A stretch of 64,000 nucleotides of DNA from Asterias rubens (GCF_902459465.1 NC_047074.1:14198001-14262000), one strand, 5' to 3'; counted from the first letter of the stretch, positions 37,373-50,089 are shown. Numbers and translations: made by a program. The notes: generated from the letters alone by a model not told the origin.

Positions 37373-40300
37373 CTATATCCAATACATAACCATGACGACA
37401 GCAGCTAGCAAGTGAGCCACATGATAGTGTGGACCAATCAGATTGCCAGAATTCGCTGTCTCCAGCCTTCCACAAAGCTCATTGGTTGGGTCGTGGGAAC
37501 ACTGAATGTGAAAGGCTCGACTGGTACAGAGAAAAAACAAAAACACACTAGTTATTAAGAACATTTTGTGAATAAAAGTTAATAATAAAACAACTCCATA
37601 AGAAGTGAAAAACATCACAGATTATGTTTGTATTTACAGATATTAAAGGGAAGGTACACGTTTGGTATTCGCCAAAGACAAGTATTCTCACTTGGTGTAT
37701 CCCAACATAGGCATAAAATAACAAACCTGTGAAAATTTGAGCACAATTGGTCATCGAAGTTGCAAGAAAATGAAGAGAGAAAAAACACACTTGTTGGACG
37801 AATTTGTGTGCTTTCAGATAAGAATAAAAGACTTCTAGCTAGAAGTCATTTACTATTTTAGTGAGAAATTACCTCTTTCTCAAAATCTATGCTACTTCAG
37901 AGGGAGCCGTTTCTCACAATGTTTTATACCATCAACAGCTCTGTTTTGAGTAATTACCAAACGTGTACCTTCCCTTTAAAAAAGGCAAACAGAACACAGT
38001 CAGACAATTGAACACAGTCAGACAATTTTGTAGGAACAAATTTTCACCTTCACATAAAGTTGTGCTTCCAGAGGTATTTTTATACTTATTGTAATCACAA
38101 CTCACTATAAACGATTAATTTCAACCAGCAAAATTTCAGGAGATTTGAAGGCAATGAGCCTCTTTAGTGACTTACTTGTCTTCATCGGTGCATGTAAACT
38201 GGATCCCTTTAGCTTTGAACAGTGACTCCAGGTACGCAACGGAACCAACACCACAGGTTTCACTGGTTATGAAAAAAATTCAAAATTCAATTACCAAGTG
38301 TCCAGTGTCTTTAAATGACATTGTTAAAGGTATGATATTTGCAGACATGGTATTTGTTTGACCCTTGGAAAAAATAGAATAATTTTATTCGAGCACAAGG
38401 GCCTAACTCCATGTATACATGGTGTAGGCTATAGACTTTTAACAACAATTTTTCAGATTTTTCCAAGGGCAAAACAAAACCAGAAAAGAGACATAAGTAG
38501 AAATAGTAATTACTTTTGTTAACAAAAACAATTACTTGTGTCTCAACAAATGAACTTTTGATAGAATTTTTAAAAAGATTTAAAAAGTTTTAAAAACTTA
38601 CAATAGTGGCTTGTCGAATGGCTTGACAATAATCACATCAGCTCGAGACACCTGACGGGGGACTAAGTTTGGGAACTCATGAAGATTAAAGTAACTGCAT
38701 CAAGAAGAAAAAAATCATTTATAAACAGACTTCAAAAGAAACGAGTCATAAATTATTTTCAAAACAAAAGAATTGCATAATTTTATCTCATGGTTTGTTC
38801 TGGTTCTTTTCATTAAACCAAAAGTGAAACTCAAAATCACACACATGTTTACAATACAACCTGGGAAGCAACAAAAAGATGTGCCTTTTTTCAAACTTTG
38901 TTCTACCCAAAATTAAAACTGGATTTACTTTTTAAAAAGAAGCTAAGTTTCATCTAAATGCAGTAACACTCTTCGTTGATCAAACACAGGGAGTAAATGT
39001 CCCAAACCAGGCTTCTTCAGTGGAGACCAGAAATGCAAATTTTTATTGAAAGTTGAAAATTGAAAAGGATGAAGATTGACTTTTTAAATTGAACACAAAG
39101 TAACAAGCAAAAACACATGAAAATACAATTTTTTTAAAAGGTGTTTTTCTACAAGCTTTAACTGAAACAGATTTTCTTTCAAAGTAAAAAAGATAAACTA
39201 AGCTGATGAGAAAAGAACACACTGTTTTTTTTTTTTAAAATGAACACAACCTAACAACCAAACACATGACAAAACAAATTTTTTTAAAGGTGTTTTTCAG
39301 CTTAAACTGAAGCAATTCTTTGTAAAGTACCTGTCGTTCCGGAAGGCTCCATCCGTTCGGGACCCATCAAGCATAACTGTGATCACTCCAGTAGCTTGCC
39401 TTGCGATCTGAAAAAAAGGGAAAGAAACACGCCACAATGAAAAACCTGGGTTTCAAGAACACAAAATAAAAGGGCCTTGAAGGTCACTGGTTTCGCTGAG
39501 GTTTCAAAAACATTGGATAAACAAAAGTCTGCCATGATATAACAATTGAGAGTACTTGGGGAAAGAAATTCTAAGGACACGCTTTAAAAGAAATTCAGAC
39601 ACAGACTGGGTGGGCAAATAATATTCAAAGAGATTTTCCGTGATACTTACAAAAAGTGTTTCAGGGCTTGGCTTCGATTCAATGCTTGTTATTCAAGGAA
39701 AATGTTATAGTTTATGGTTGGCTGGCAGAGCTGAAACATTTACCGAGATTGCAGTTTATTATTTAAGAACTTAGTACTAAATTAATGGCCCATGGTTTTT
39801 TATTTTGGGGAAAAGTGGAAGGTGTTATTGTGATGGCATTTTGTTTGGAGAGGTTGGGTTAACTTTTAAAAATGGGTCTGTTGAATACTTGGGTTATTAA
39901 CCTAATGAAGGGTGCAGCCTCATTATTAAAAAAAAATGGAAAAGAAGAATCGAAAGGCCACTTTCAGTTGATTTGAAGAAGATAATTTTAATACCAAAAT
40001 CTAAGAAAAATACTTTAGGAATCGCTCTCAAATGAATGGATTTGGTAATGCATACACTTAAAGACACTGGACACTATTGGTAATTGTGAAAGACCAGTCT
40101 TCTCACTTGGTGTATCTCAACATATACATAAAATAACAAACCTGTGAAAAATTGAGCTCAATTGGTCGTCGAAGTTGCGAGATAATAATGAAAAAAAAAC
40201 ATCCTCATCACACGAAGTTGTGTGCTTTCAGATGTTTGATTTCGGGACCTCAATTTCTAAACTTGAGGTCTCGAAATCAAATTCGTGGAAAACTACTTCT

Positions 40301-42270
40301 TTCTTGAAAACTACGTTACTTCAGAGGGCGCCGTTTCTCACAATGTTTTATACTATCAACCTCTCCCCATTACTCGTCACCAAGAAAGGTTTTATGCTAT
40401 AATAAATATTTTGGGTAATTACCAATAGTGTCCACTGCCTTTAACTGTTGTCCTTAAATGGATTTTAAAAAAATGTGTAACCATGATTGTGGCTTTACAA
40501 TTACTAAGATTATGACCTTGTGCAAAATACTCATTTTATCAACAAAATATTAATGAACAAAGTGTTTCTTACCGCATCTGATGTGCCGGAGTAAAACGCA
40601 GTTGAAGCTACTTTACATCCCTCTTCCCACCAATTGGGACACTCGTCAAAGTTCAACCCAGTAGATCTCTTATCCGTCGAGCTACACCACTGAAGACCAT
40701 TGGCCATGTATCCTAGCATGGTATCCTCCAGAGTCAAGAGAGTATTGGTAGCCGCTGTATAAGCATGGACAATGTTGTCTGTACCGGACCAAAACATGGT
40801 CTGGATGAAGAAAGAGAGATGGGGGAGAATTAAAAGGTTGGTTCATATAAGCACAGGTCACCATGGTCCAGTTGATGGACTTGCAATTAAGAGGTTGTGG
40901 GTTCAACTCCCCAAAGCTAAGAAAGTATTGGTAGCCGCTGTATAAGCATGGATGATGTTGTCTGTACCGGACCAAAACATGGTCTGGATGAAGAAAGAAG
41001 AGAACGATGGGGGATAATTTAAAGGTAGGTCCTTATACACAAAGGTCACCATGCAATTAAGAGGTTGTGGGTTCGACTCCAAAGCTAAGAAAGTATTGGT
41101 AGCCTCTGTATAGGCATGGACAATGTAATTGTCTGTACTGGGCCAAAACATGGTCTGAGTGAAGAAAAAAGAAAACAAGTGAGGATGATTTTAATGTATG
41201 AGGTCCTTACAAACAGGGTTTCATATAGCAAGCCTAGCTTCTTTACAGGTTTCCTCTGACTTGCGAACTACAGTGATTAAGTGCGCCTTGGTTTCATTAC
41301 CTAAGATAAAAACTCATAATAGTTAATAACAATAATATAGATGACACTACTATTAAAGTGTTTACCTTGTCTCTTGGAAGTTGATGAGGCACATCCTTAA
41401 TGAATGTATCATATGCATCAAGGGGAATCTTACATGGGTCCTTGTACGCTATAGCGTCTTTGAAGTCATCCCATAACTGGTTGCAGTTTACTGGCCTAAA
41501 ACAGATGCAGGGGTAAATAATTTTGTGAAAAGGAAGGTAGCAGTTTTTTGTGTGTGTTTTTTTCTTTTTCAATAAACACACAAACAATGAAAACATTTCT
41601 GCTGGACGCCACCAATTTATCTAAACTGTCTCAAAATACACTGAATTGTATTCTTACCTGACAAGAACGATAACCGCGCACAAACATCCAGAAAAGTGGC
41701 AGGAACTTAGCCCAGGTTGGACCGTGCCTTTCACCTCTATGGAGCCCGGTTCGATTCCCGGCCGGACCGGAGCCTTGCACGTGGATCGTGTGTCGGTCTC
41801 CCTACCCGACTGCGTGCTCCCTCCACCTTTCTCTATGCTTCATACCTCAGCTTTTACATCCAAAAGTGGAGTTTGATGAGTACCAGTGTAGATGTAGATG
41901 TTAGTTTTTTTCCTCCAACATTTAAAACTACAATTTCTCCAATGTCTTTTTTAAGAGTTTGTGCAATGTTTTTATCAAACAATAGTATAGTCTCAAGTCT
42001 TGACTCAAAGTCAAACAGAGTCCCTTTTCTCTAAAAGGGTTAACAAATATTAAGTAAATACACTAACCTTGGTGGACAAGCATCTGGTATCGCCTTCTTG
42101 GTCTGAAAGTCCAAACATTTTCCCAGAAAAATATTCTCAATATTTGGAGTTGTCCCTGAACCCAATGGAAAGCAACTGTCCCTCTTCTTCCGACCAGCCC
42201 TCTGAAGGTATCCAAAACTCCCTTCAGTTAGTAGGGTAAGAGCAATAATAAGGAGACAGACTTTCTTCAT
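37373..42270 (-). CDS. ADP-ribosyl cyclase / cADPR hydrolase (CD38/BST1 family), 321 aa, signal peptide plus GPI-like hydrophobic tail
   Basis: Exons 42270-42068, 41495-41366, 40800-40573, 39407-39331, 38694-38602, 38262-38176, 37520-37373; 966 nt, all phases consistent. Family motifs GTTPNIENIFLGKC, MFWSGT, TLEDTMLGY, catalytic Glu in HEFPNL, ETC..FTC, and conserved cysteines. C-terminus HVAHLLAAVVMVMYWI is hydrophobic. Confidence 0.95.
37643..37979. mobile_element. TTAA-flanked MITE (Kolobok/T2-like)
   Basis: TTAA-AGGGAAGGTACACG ... CGTGTACCTTCCCT-TTAA, in cyclase intron 6. Confidence 0.85.
40058..40444. mobile_element. TTAA-flanked MITE (Kolobok/T2-like)
   Basis: TTAA-AGACACTGGACAC ... 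GTGTCCACTGCCT-TTAA. Further copies at 45740-46137 and 53741-54140; partial copies at 38030-38315, 52430-52712 and 58255-58463. Confidence 0.85.
40801..41175 (-). pseudogene. Two tandem partial pseudo-exon copies (acceptor plus first ~70 nt) of ADP-ribosyl cyclase exon 3
   Basis: ttcttcatccag/ttcttcactcag followed by ACCATGTTTTGG occurs at 41154, 40983 and 40800 (spacing 171 and 183 bp). Only the 40800 copy continues into TLEDT and has a donor. Confidence 0.9.
41700..41880 (+). mobile_element. tRNA-derived SINE in cyclase intron 1
   Basis: gcctttcacctct...ggttcgattcccggc (B-box); related copy at ~58510-58640. Confidence 0.6.
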
Positions 42271-42319
42271 GATGGTTGATTTTGGTATCGTGTCTCGCCG
42301 AGTGAAAATGGCCCCTTGC

Positions 42320-42325
42320 TTTATA
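42320..42325 (-). promoter_or_regulatory. TATA box of the ADP-ribosyl cyclase gene
   Basis: TATAAA on the minus strand 50 nt upstream of the ATG at 42270, which has a good Kozak context (ACCATCATG). Confidence 0.55.
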
Positions 42326-45240
42326 TTCACTGAACTAAATGTGATGAAGCTTGGAAGATCACTAATAATGAATTTTACCGCCAATTGTTACGTTCCGTTC
42401 GATTGGTTTTGAATTTACTGAACCGATCCCACAGTCGTTCGGCAAACTTTCTTTGTCAGTATTCATTGTTGCAGATCAGTTACGTCCTTGCTGTCTGGCG
42501 CAAACAAAAGTTTTGTGTCAAACTTTCTTTTTAACGCACCGATTAAAAGGGTGGGTTCAAAATCAAAGCAGTGGGGGGGGGGGGGGGGGGTCGTGGAATT
42601 ATTTTCGGGTTTACTTCCATTGAGGGTCATACTCGGTGCTTTTGATTATTTGCTGCGCAAAGTTTCTGGAAAACTTCCATTTACTAATTTAAAAGTTACA
42701 AAAAGTCAACCTATTTTGACAACAAAGTGGTTAATACCATGTATATTGGCCTTTAATGACGTAAAAATCTGTCTTAAAAGTGAAGTACATAAGTCAAGAT
42801 AATTTCCTACAGAGCAGTTTGTTTTTTAAAAGAAGTCTAAATATTTCCAAACAAAATTCTAAATTTTACACATCAATAAGTTGTCCATTCTGAGTGAAAT
42901 TCTTATAATATATTGCATGGTACACAAGCAAAAAATTATCAGTCAATCAAATTTAGAATTTACTGTTTTATTAACATTTATTAACATTTATTAGCAAAAG
43001 ATTCATATTATAGAATATAATGGCTAAAAATTTATTTTGTATAGTTTCAAGTTTTGAAAGTTGTTCAAACTTTACAATTACAAATACATATTTCATGTTT
43101 TATCTTCAAATATTATTTTTGACACATCCTATGCTTAAACCTCGATCTGGCCAAGTATATCACAGTTTGACAAAAAATCTGAATAATCAAATATTTTACC
43201 CAAATAAACATAAATCAAAAGGAGAACAGGAATATTATTGATTACAAACTACTTGACAATTGTAAGATGAACAAAGAAAAATTGAGTGAAGGGAGATAAA
43301 GGCTGTGACCTCTGGATTAACATGCCAACGCTCTACCAACTATATAGCCCCATATTGACAGTCTCCCCAGAAACAAAAAGTATTTCAAAGCTCTTTGATA
43401 AATACTTCACATGCAAAAATAATAAAGAAGAGGCTTGTTTTAGAGAACCCTCAACTTGTTGGACCTGGTGCTATAATTTTGGTTTTTTCCATCCTGTGGA
43501 AAGAAAATCCCCAACATATTACTCTGGTGGGATTAGAACCCATAACCTTTGACATTTTAAAGCAGCTGTCTTACCAACAGGCCAACATGGGTGCTTGAAT
43601 ATCTTACAGCAACCCTGCACTTCAAAATAATAAAAAATATTCTTTCTTAGTCAGGAGACATTCATGAAAACAAATATTTTTTGAAGAAAGAAATCAATGT
43701 TGACAGCCCACTACTTTGGCACCACTCTCCTACAAAACTTTCAAGATGTTATCACAAGTCAGTGTGCATGCAAGCAAGCTACCATCAACTCCCTGGCAAA
43801 AGTCTGTTCTCACTGGCCTGTCCAGGCAAATATTTTGATTTTCTACAAATTTTACTTGTTTAATACAACAGGAAAGTAACAGAGTATTTTACAAATTTGT
43901 AATTAAAACAAAATTATGCACATAATCAATAAAACCTATGCAGGGCAAATTGACTACATCTATTGAGCATGGTGTACAGTGATACAATGAACAAATCCTG
44001 TGATATTTCTCTGACTACAATTTTAAAATCGTTTTTCTGTGTCCTTTTCTAAGAACTTATCTTGTAAATGAAAATATTTTGGAAATAAAAACAAAACAGT
44101 TTACTATATTGCATAAGAGTCTAAAAAAAGTCTAAAAGTAATTTTGCTGTAATAATCTTACAGTTAACAATCAATGTTGATGGATTCAGAAACTAACAAC
44201 CAATCAACTGTGTTTAAAGGGAAGGTAAACCTTTAGTTATAACACTTTAGAAGTTAATGGCAATATTAACTTCTGAATAGAATCAAAAGCAGCTTTAAAT
44301 AGCATAAAACATTTTGAGAAACATTTCACTTAAAAGTGATGTGGTAAGATAGCAATTTTTATCCCCCCCCCCCCCACAATTTTTGAGTCTCAGAAGCACG
44401 AGTAATGTTTCTCAGATTGTTTAGGGACTTTTCTCTCTGTGTGAACATAATTCGCTCAGGATTTTCAACAATTTCTAAAAAACCTGAAACATGTGAATTT
44501 GAATTTTCCATGTTAGCTTTATTTCATTGCGTCTACATATATAAAGGGTTGAAACAATCGAGCAGTTCCGAAAACCAAAGGTATACTTTCTCTTCAAACT
44601 CAATTGACTGCACTCTAATTATGGATATCATTAAACTGCAGTCTTGCTCCCTGTATACAATACAGATAAGTAGATATCAGACCTCAGAATACCAAACGGG
44701 AGCCAGACCACTTCCCCCTTCAAGATTCCATCTGACAAATGAGATGTGAAGAGAAACCAATACACCATGATTAAAGGGAAGGAATAGAGTTTATTTGGCA
44801 AACACTCTTAAAAGGTAAACATTGGCAAAAATGAAAAAAATTAATGGCAAAAAAAGGCTAACTTGATTCGAAGTACAGCAGCTTTAAAGGACAAAGCATT
44901 TTTATAATCATTTCACTTCGGAGTAATTAGGTTATGCAAAAAGATATTGGTTTTTATTTGGAAAATTGTAATATGAGAAAAGTTACCGTCAGAAATTTTC
45001 TCAGGTTGTTTATTCCAATTACGGATTAAATCTTCCTGCAAGGTCATAACCCATCTAGATTTTCAGCAATATCTCAATATGGCTATCACCTTTAAAAAAT
45101 TGTCCTGTTTTTGTTTTGTTTATATTTACATTTTTATAATATTTTAACAATGGAATGGTTAAAAAGTAATATGTTTCCAATTATATCAACTGGCATAATC
45201 TTACCACAAGAGGGCTCACTCCAATTATTTCAGTCATTCT

Positions 45241-48200
45241 CTAGATGCGTCCCTTATCAGAAAGCTCGTTCATAAGTTTTGCGTTGTACGCAGCGTGTTT
45301 AGCCTGTAGTTCCTTGTCATTGACCGCACTCTTAGCCCAGTAAGTGAGTCCAAGGGCTGGACGCCATCTTTCCTTCGATCTGATCAAGAGAAAATATCAC
45401 ATAAAAGTTAGTTGTTTTGGGCTTTTTTTATGAGAAAATGCCTAACACCACAAGGCAGGATGGCCACTTGAAGGTGAGGGCGTACACTTCACTGATTTGG
45501 GCTGTTGCCCCAATAGTACAGTCACCAGGGGCACATTGCCACTTCCTCCCAGATGCTACAATTCCGGGGGTTTCAGACTCCATGCATATAAACAAATCCA
45601 TAGGTTCGGACACAATGTCAATAATCATTTCTTTCTCTTTTTGCTGACTGCTCTACTCGTTTCAAGAAAATCTGAAGACTCATGGAGGTTTCGAAAAACT
45701 CTTGAAATCAGGAAACATCCTGAGAAACCTTTAGAAGCTTTAAAGACACTGGACACTATTGGTAACTGTCAAAGACCAGTCTTCTCATTTGGAGTATCTC
45801 ATTGTACACATAAAACAACAAAACTGTGAAAATTTGAGCTCAATCAGTTGTCAAAGTTGCAAGATATTAATAAAAGAAGAAAACACCATTGTCACACCAG
45901 GGTAACACGAAGTTGTGTGCTTTCAGATGCTTGATTTAGAGACCTCAAATTCTAAATCTGAGGTCTCAAAATCAATTCGTGGAAAATTACTTCTTTCTCG
46001 AAAACTATGTCACTTCAGAGGGAGCCGTTTCTCACAATGTTTTATACTATCAACCTTTCCCCATTACTCGTAACCAAGTAAGTTTTTATGCTAATAATTA
46101 TTTTGAGTAATTACCAATAGTGTCTTAGATACTTTAATTCCAATTGCCTCAAGACTTACTTGTTTTCTCCGGCTCTATGAACCATGTAAGGATGGTGCCC
46201 AAGAAGGCTTCCTGTATATCAAAAGAAATCAGAAGTAACAAACTTTTCAGTTAAAATACTTTTTTGATACTTCAGAAAACATCAATAACCAGGCATAATT
46301 TGTGTTCTTCTTTTTAATGTTAACGCCCTAGAAAAGGCTAAAAAGCCACCCTTGGTATGGGGTTACAAGCAGAACAAATATTTCAAAGGAAAAGAACTTA
46401 GGGGAGTTAGGAATTAACGTTCCTCTTCAAACAGTCTAGATTGTAAGAAGGGGGAAACATTCACCAGGCAAGGAGTTCCAAAGAGATGCAGTATGTGGAA
46501 TAAAGCTATTGGAATGGCTCCTTGTTCTACATCTCAGCAAATGATATTTGGTCCTTGAAAAAATGGAAAAATCTTATAAAATGTAAGGGCTGACCTACAT
46601 ATACACAAGGTGTAGGCTCTAGTTTACTCTTCAGGCTTTATTTATAACAATTTCTAAGATTTTTCTGAGCTAAAACAAATCAGAAAACAGACAATTAGTA
46701 GGAGGGAAATCATGCCAGACTAACTGACCTTTCTTGACGGCCATTTCATCTTCGGTCTCTTCCATCCAGTCTTTATAGTTAACTAGAGCTTGACTGAAAC
46801 CCAGAGCATCCGTCTTACGATGTTCTAATTCTCCCTTCCGGTCAGACTGAGGGACATAGTACAGACAACCATTCTCAGCATCGGCGTCGTCCAATGCCAG
46901 CCAGAAGGTGATTCCTGGTGGGTGAACAAATAATATGAACAATATTGGGTTCTTGTGTAACCCTTAATCACCCCCCTTGGGGTCTATCCAAGTACTCGGT
47001 ACTTTTACTACAAGGTATGTGGAGCTTTTGTTTGAGTTTGCAGAGTTTTATTTCAGCTTGCTCAGGCAAAACATTCAAAATTTTGATCCAGAAAGGGTTA
47101 ATGTCTCTCAGCACAGCCCCAAAAAAAGGATATTTAACATGTTTAAAATATCAATATAAAAAACAAGGGAAACTGACTGGGTAAATTTGTAAAATATGTT
47201 TAAAATATAGTATTTTTGTGACATATTTGAATCTAATTTTTGTACTGTCTGGTCTACAGGAACACCGAAACACTTAGATTTTACTCTCATGATGATGGCA
47301 CAAACAAACATTCCTATGATGCAATAAAAGTCTTCAGAAACTCGAGCCATTTTCATACTATAACTCTTATCCCCGTGTAATACAGCAATTACCTCAGTGT
47401 AATTTCACACTGTGTCCCTATTCCACAGGGTTCCGGTTGCACAGTTTCAAGAAAACCCTTGGGTTTTACCGCTTACTCCTACTCCGGAGCAGGGGTGGCT
47501 CTTCCCCAAGGTATGCCCATTTAATGGGGCACACCAATGGTAAAGCTATCACTGGGTGCGCTCGATTAGCTTCCCTGGGTCGACCCCGGTCTGCCCCCGG
47601 TACGTTTGAATAGCTTTGACACCATTCCAGGGGCTCACCCCGGTCAGCCCCCAGTGCCCTGCTTGTGGAGTGGGTCACTTGGGGCTGGCCCGAGGTGCAT
47701 GACGTTACCACGTCGAGAGGGCGAGTGTGATTGCTCAATTAGCTCTGGTCAAGGGGTCACCAGAGTGAGCACCGCAAGGTTGACCCAGGGAAGCTTATCG
47801 AACGCACCCATAGTGTGAAAAGGCTGGTTGTAATTCCCTGGGTCAACCCTGGAGAATAGCGTAGTGTGAACAGGGTTTCAGAAATGTCTACCTACCTCTA
47901 TCATGCATGAAGTACTTTCCATCTTGGTGGGCAGGGGTGCACTTGGCGCCCGGTGGTTTGGAGAAATATTGGACATTATTAGGAATGCATTCCTCATTCA
48001 GAAGTAGGTCTGCAAGGCCATTGAAAGCTGGTGATTCACCGAGATCCTAAAAACAAAAAGTAACATTAACTTTAATAATAATAATAATAATAATATAGGA
48101 ATTTATATAGCGCCTTTAGCACAAATCAAAGTGCTGAACAATAAATAAAACAAGAACAAAGCAAGGAAAGAAAGAATTGTGAATTAATATTATCCATTAA

Positions 48201-49219
48201 CTTAAAATTTGAACATCTACATTGTGGTCAGGCAGCACAAGGTATCTTTGGCGGTTTTAAATAAAAAAACCTTCATAAAAAAAAAATCCAAAATTTTCAT
48301 CATCTTTGTCATTGCATGGTAAGTACTACTAAAATCAATTACCATAATACTAGAGCTTATTTAGTGAAAAGTACTGCAGCCGTTGATGGTTTAAACTATT
48401 TTGAGCAAAGGACTCCTTGGAAGATGGTTTTGATCATTTCTCATCCCAAAACATTTAAGAATGAGAACAAAATTAAGCATGACTTGTTTCTTAGATTTCT
48501 GTATGTTGGCCTCGTTTGCGAATGCTGTGACCAGAGACATGGTTGGTACCCACTATCAACTGGCTAAACAAGGATGGAATCAATCAACAAGACTGTAAAC
48601 ATATATTTTGAATGTGTTTTAAAAGCATACAATAAATAAAGTTGTTAACAATAAAAATAGAAACATTTAATAAACATTTAAAACAAAAAATTGTCAACAA
48701 AATTTAAAGTGAAAATGACCAAAGAAATACAAACAAACTAAAAAAAAAAAAAAAAAAAAAGACTTACTGACCTTGAAGAATTCGTCATGATCAAGCATTC
48801 TTTCAAGACGAATAATGGAGTCTTTCTCGCCTTTGGATTCATAGAAAGCCATCTTAGGTGGCAGGTCTGGGACGACATCATTCTCGTACCGTTTCAATTC
48901 ATTCTTGATGGCCTTTAACTCGTCCTCAGAAATGAAACAATCGGCCTGGGAGAGGGAAGTTTTAGAAAAATAAACAAAGTTAGAGTCCACTTCCTGTTAG
49001 TGTTATTTCATTCCTCATGTGACAAAAGGTCAATAAGAGGTCAACCAGCTATGTTTTATTTCTAACTTCTTGGGGTACAGCACTGGGCCCAATTTCAAAG
49101 AGCTCCTTGAGCAGAAAACATTTCAAAAAAAATAATAAAAATATGAATTTTAATATGTTTTCTTTTAATTGTTCAGCGCACAGGAGCATGTTTACATGGA
49201 TAGGCGCTATATAAATGTC

Positions 49220-49301
<82 letters not shown>

Positions 49302-50089
49302 TAAAAAAGATTCTGCCGAGTTTATCTTCAAAAAATGTTATTATTGTTTCATATTGAATGAAAAAATGGTGACGCGATATGGAAAACTTTCCTGTGTTTT
49401 ATTAAAATTTGAAAAACGTCACACCACGATAACCCTACCATGCCTACTCCTAGACTAGATTGTAGAACTATGAGGTTCGTTCCACTACCCTCTCCATGAC
49501 AGCGGAACGAACCTCATACTTTAAGGTGTAGGGTAACCCACCGAATTTACAGTCTACACTCCCTCCCGACTTATTCACTTAACCGTCCTAACAATTAATA
49601 AATACCACAACAAAAATACATTATTAGGAAAAGTTTCCGTATGGCGCCACCACTTTTTCATTCGATATGAAATAATATAGTATCTAATTTACCTCAATGA
49701 TATATCCCTTTTTGTAAAAATTAGTGAAAAAGTGGTGGCGCCATACGGAAAGTTATCCCATTATTATTAAATTTAAAATAGATTTGTGGAAAAATAATAC
49801 CTCAAGGAAAAAATTGACAAATTATGTCAAATTTTCTATCATGTAATAACTGCACCAAAACCATGTCTGTCAAAAAGAAAAATGAATGGTTCAAAATCAT
49901 GAATTATAAAAAAAAAAAAACTAATTTTCACGAAATAGATGCAGTACAAAAACGCCTTACCCGAATGTAACCCTTATCTTTGAAGAAGTCTTTCGTCTCC
50001 GTTTCATCCAATCTTTCCGAGAACCTTGGCCATGATGAAACAACTCCTTCTCCAGTTTTCTGTCGTTTTGATTTGGGAGGGGTGGACAT
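45241..50089 (-). CDS. Phytanoyl-CoA dioxygenase (PhyH) family Fe(II)/2-oxoglutarate dioxygenase, 276 aa
   Basis: Exons 50089-49961, 48945-48772, 48046-47896, 46914-46729, 46211-46160, 45379-45241; 831 nt, phases consistent. Motifs FFKDKGYI, SKPP..TPAHQDG (HxD), TFWLALDDADAENGCLYYVP, HHPYMVHRAGEN (distal His), and RPALGLTY (2OG-binding Arg region). Confidence 0.92.
45740..46137. mobile_element. TTAA-flanked MITE copy in a PhyH-gene intron
   Basis: Highly similar to 40058-40444; right TIR degenerate. Confidence 0.8.
47405..47875. mobile_element. GC-rich element with internal inverted repeats (probable non-autonomous DNA transposon)
   Basis: gggtgcgctcgattagcttccctgggtcgacc (~47553) versus ttgacccagggaagcttatcgaacgcaccc (~47780); ttcacact / agtgtgaa termini. 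Confidence 0.55.
49218..49301. repeat. (ATT)n microsatellite
   Basis: Seen directly; explains the poly-Tyr ORF 49169-49357. Confidence 0.95.
49625..49760. mobile_element. Short palindromic MITE
   Basis: ggaaaagtttccgtatggcgccaccactttttca / tgaaaaagtggtggcgccatacggaaagttatcc with attatta flanks. Confidence 0.7.

Noticed and set aside
49169-49357. Poly-Tyr ORF, and the KQTN-repeat ORFs at 16020-16268
   Set aside because: These are translations of (ATT)n and (AAAC)n microsatellites.
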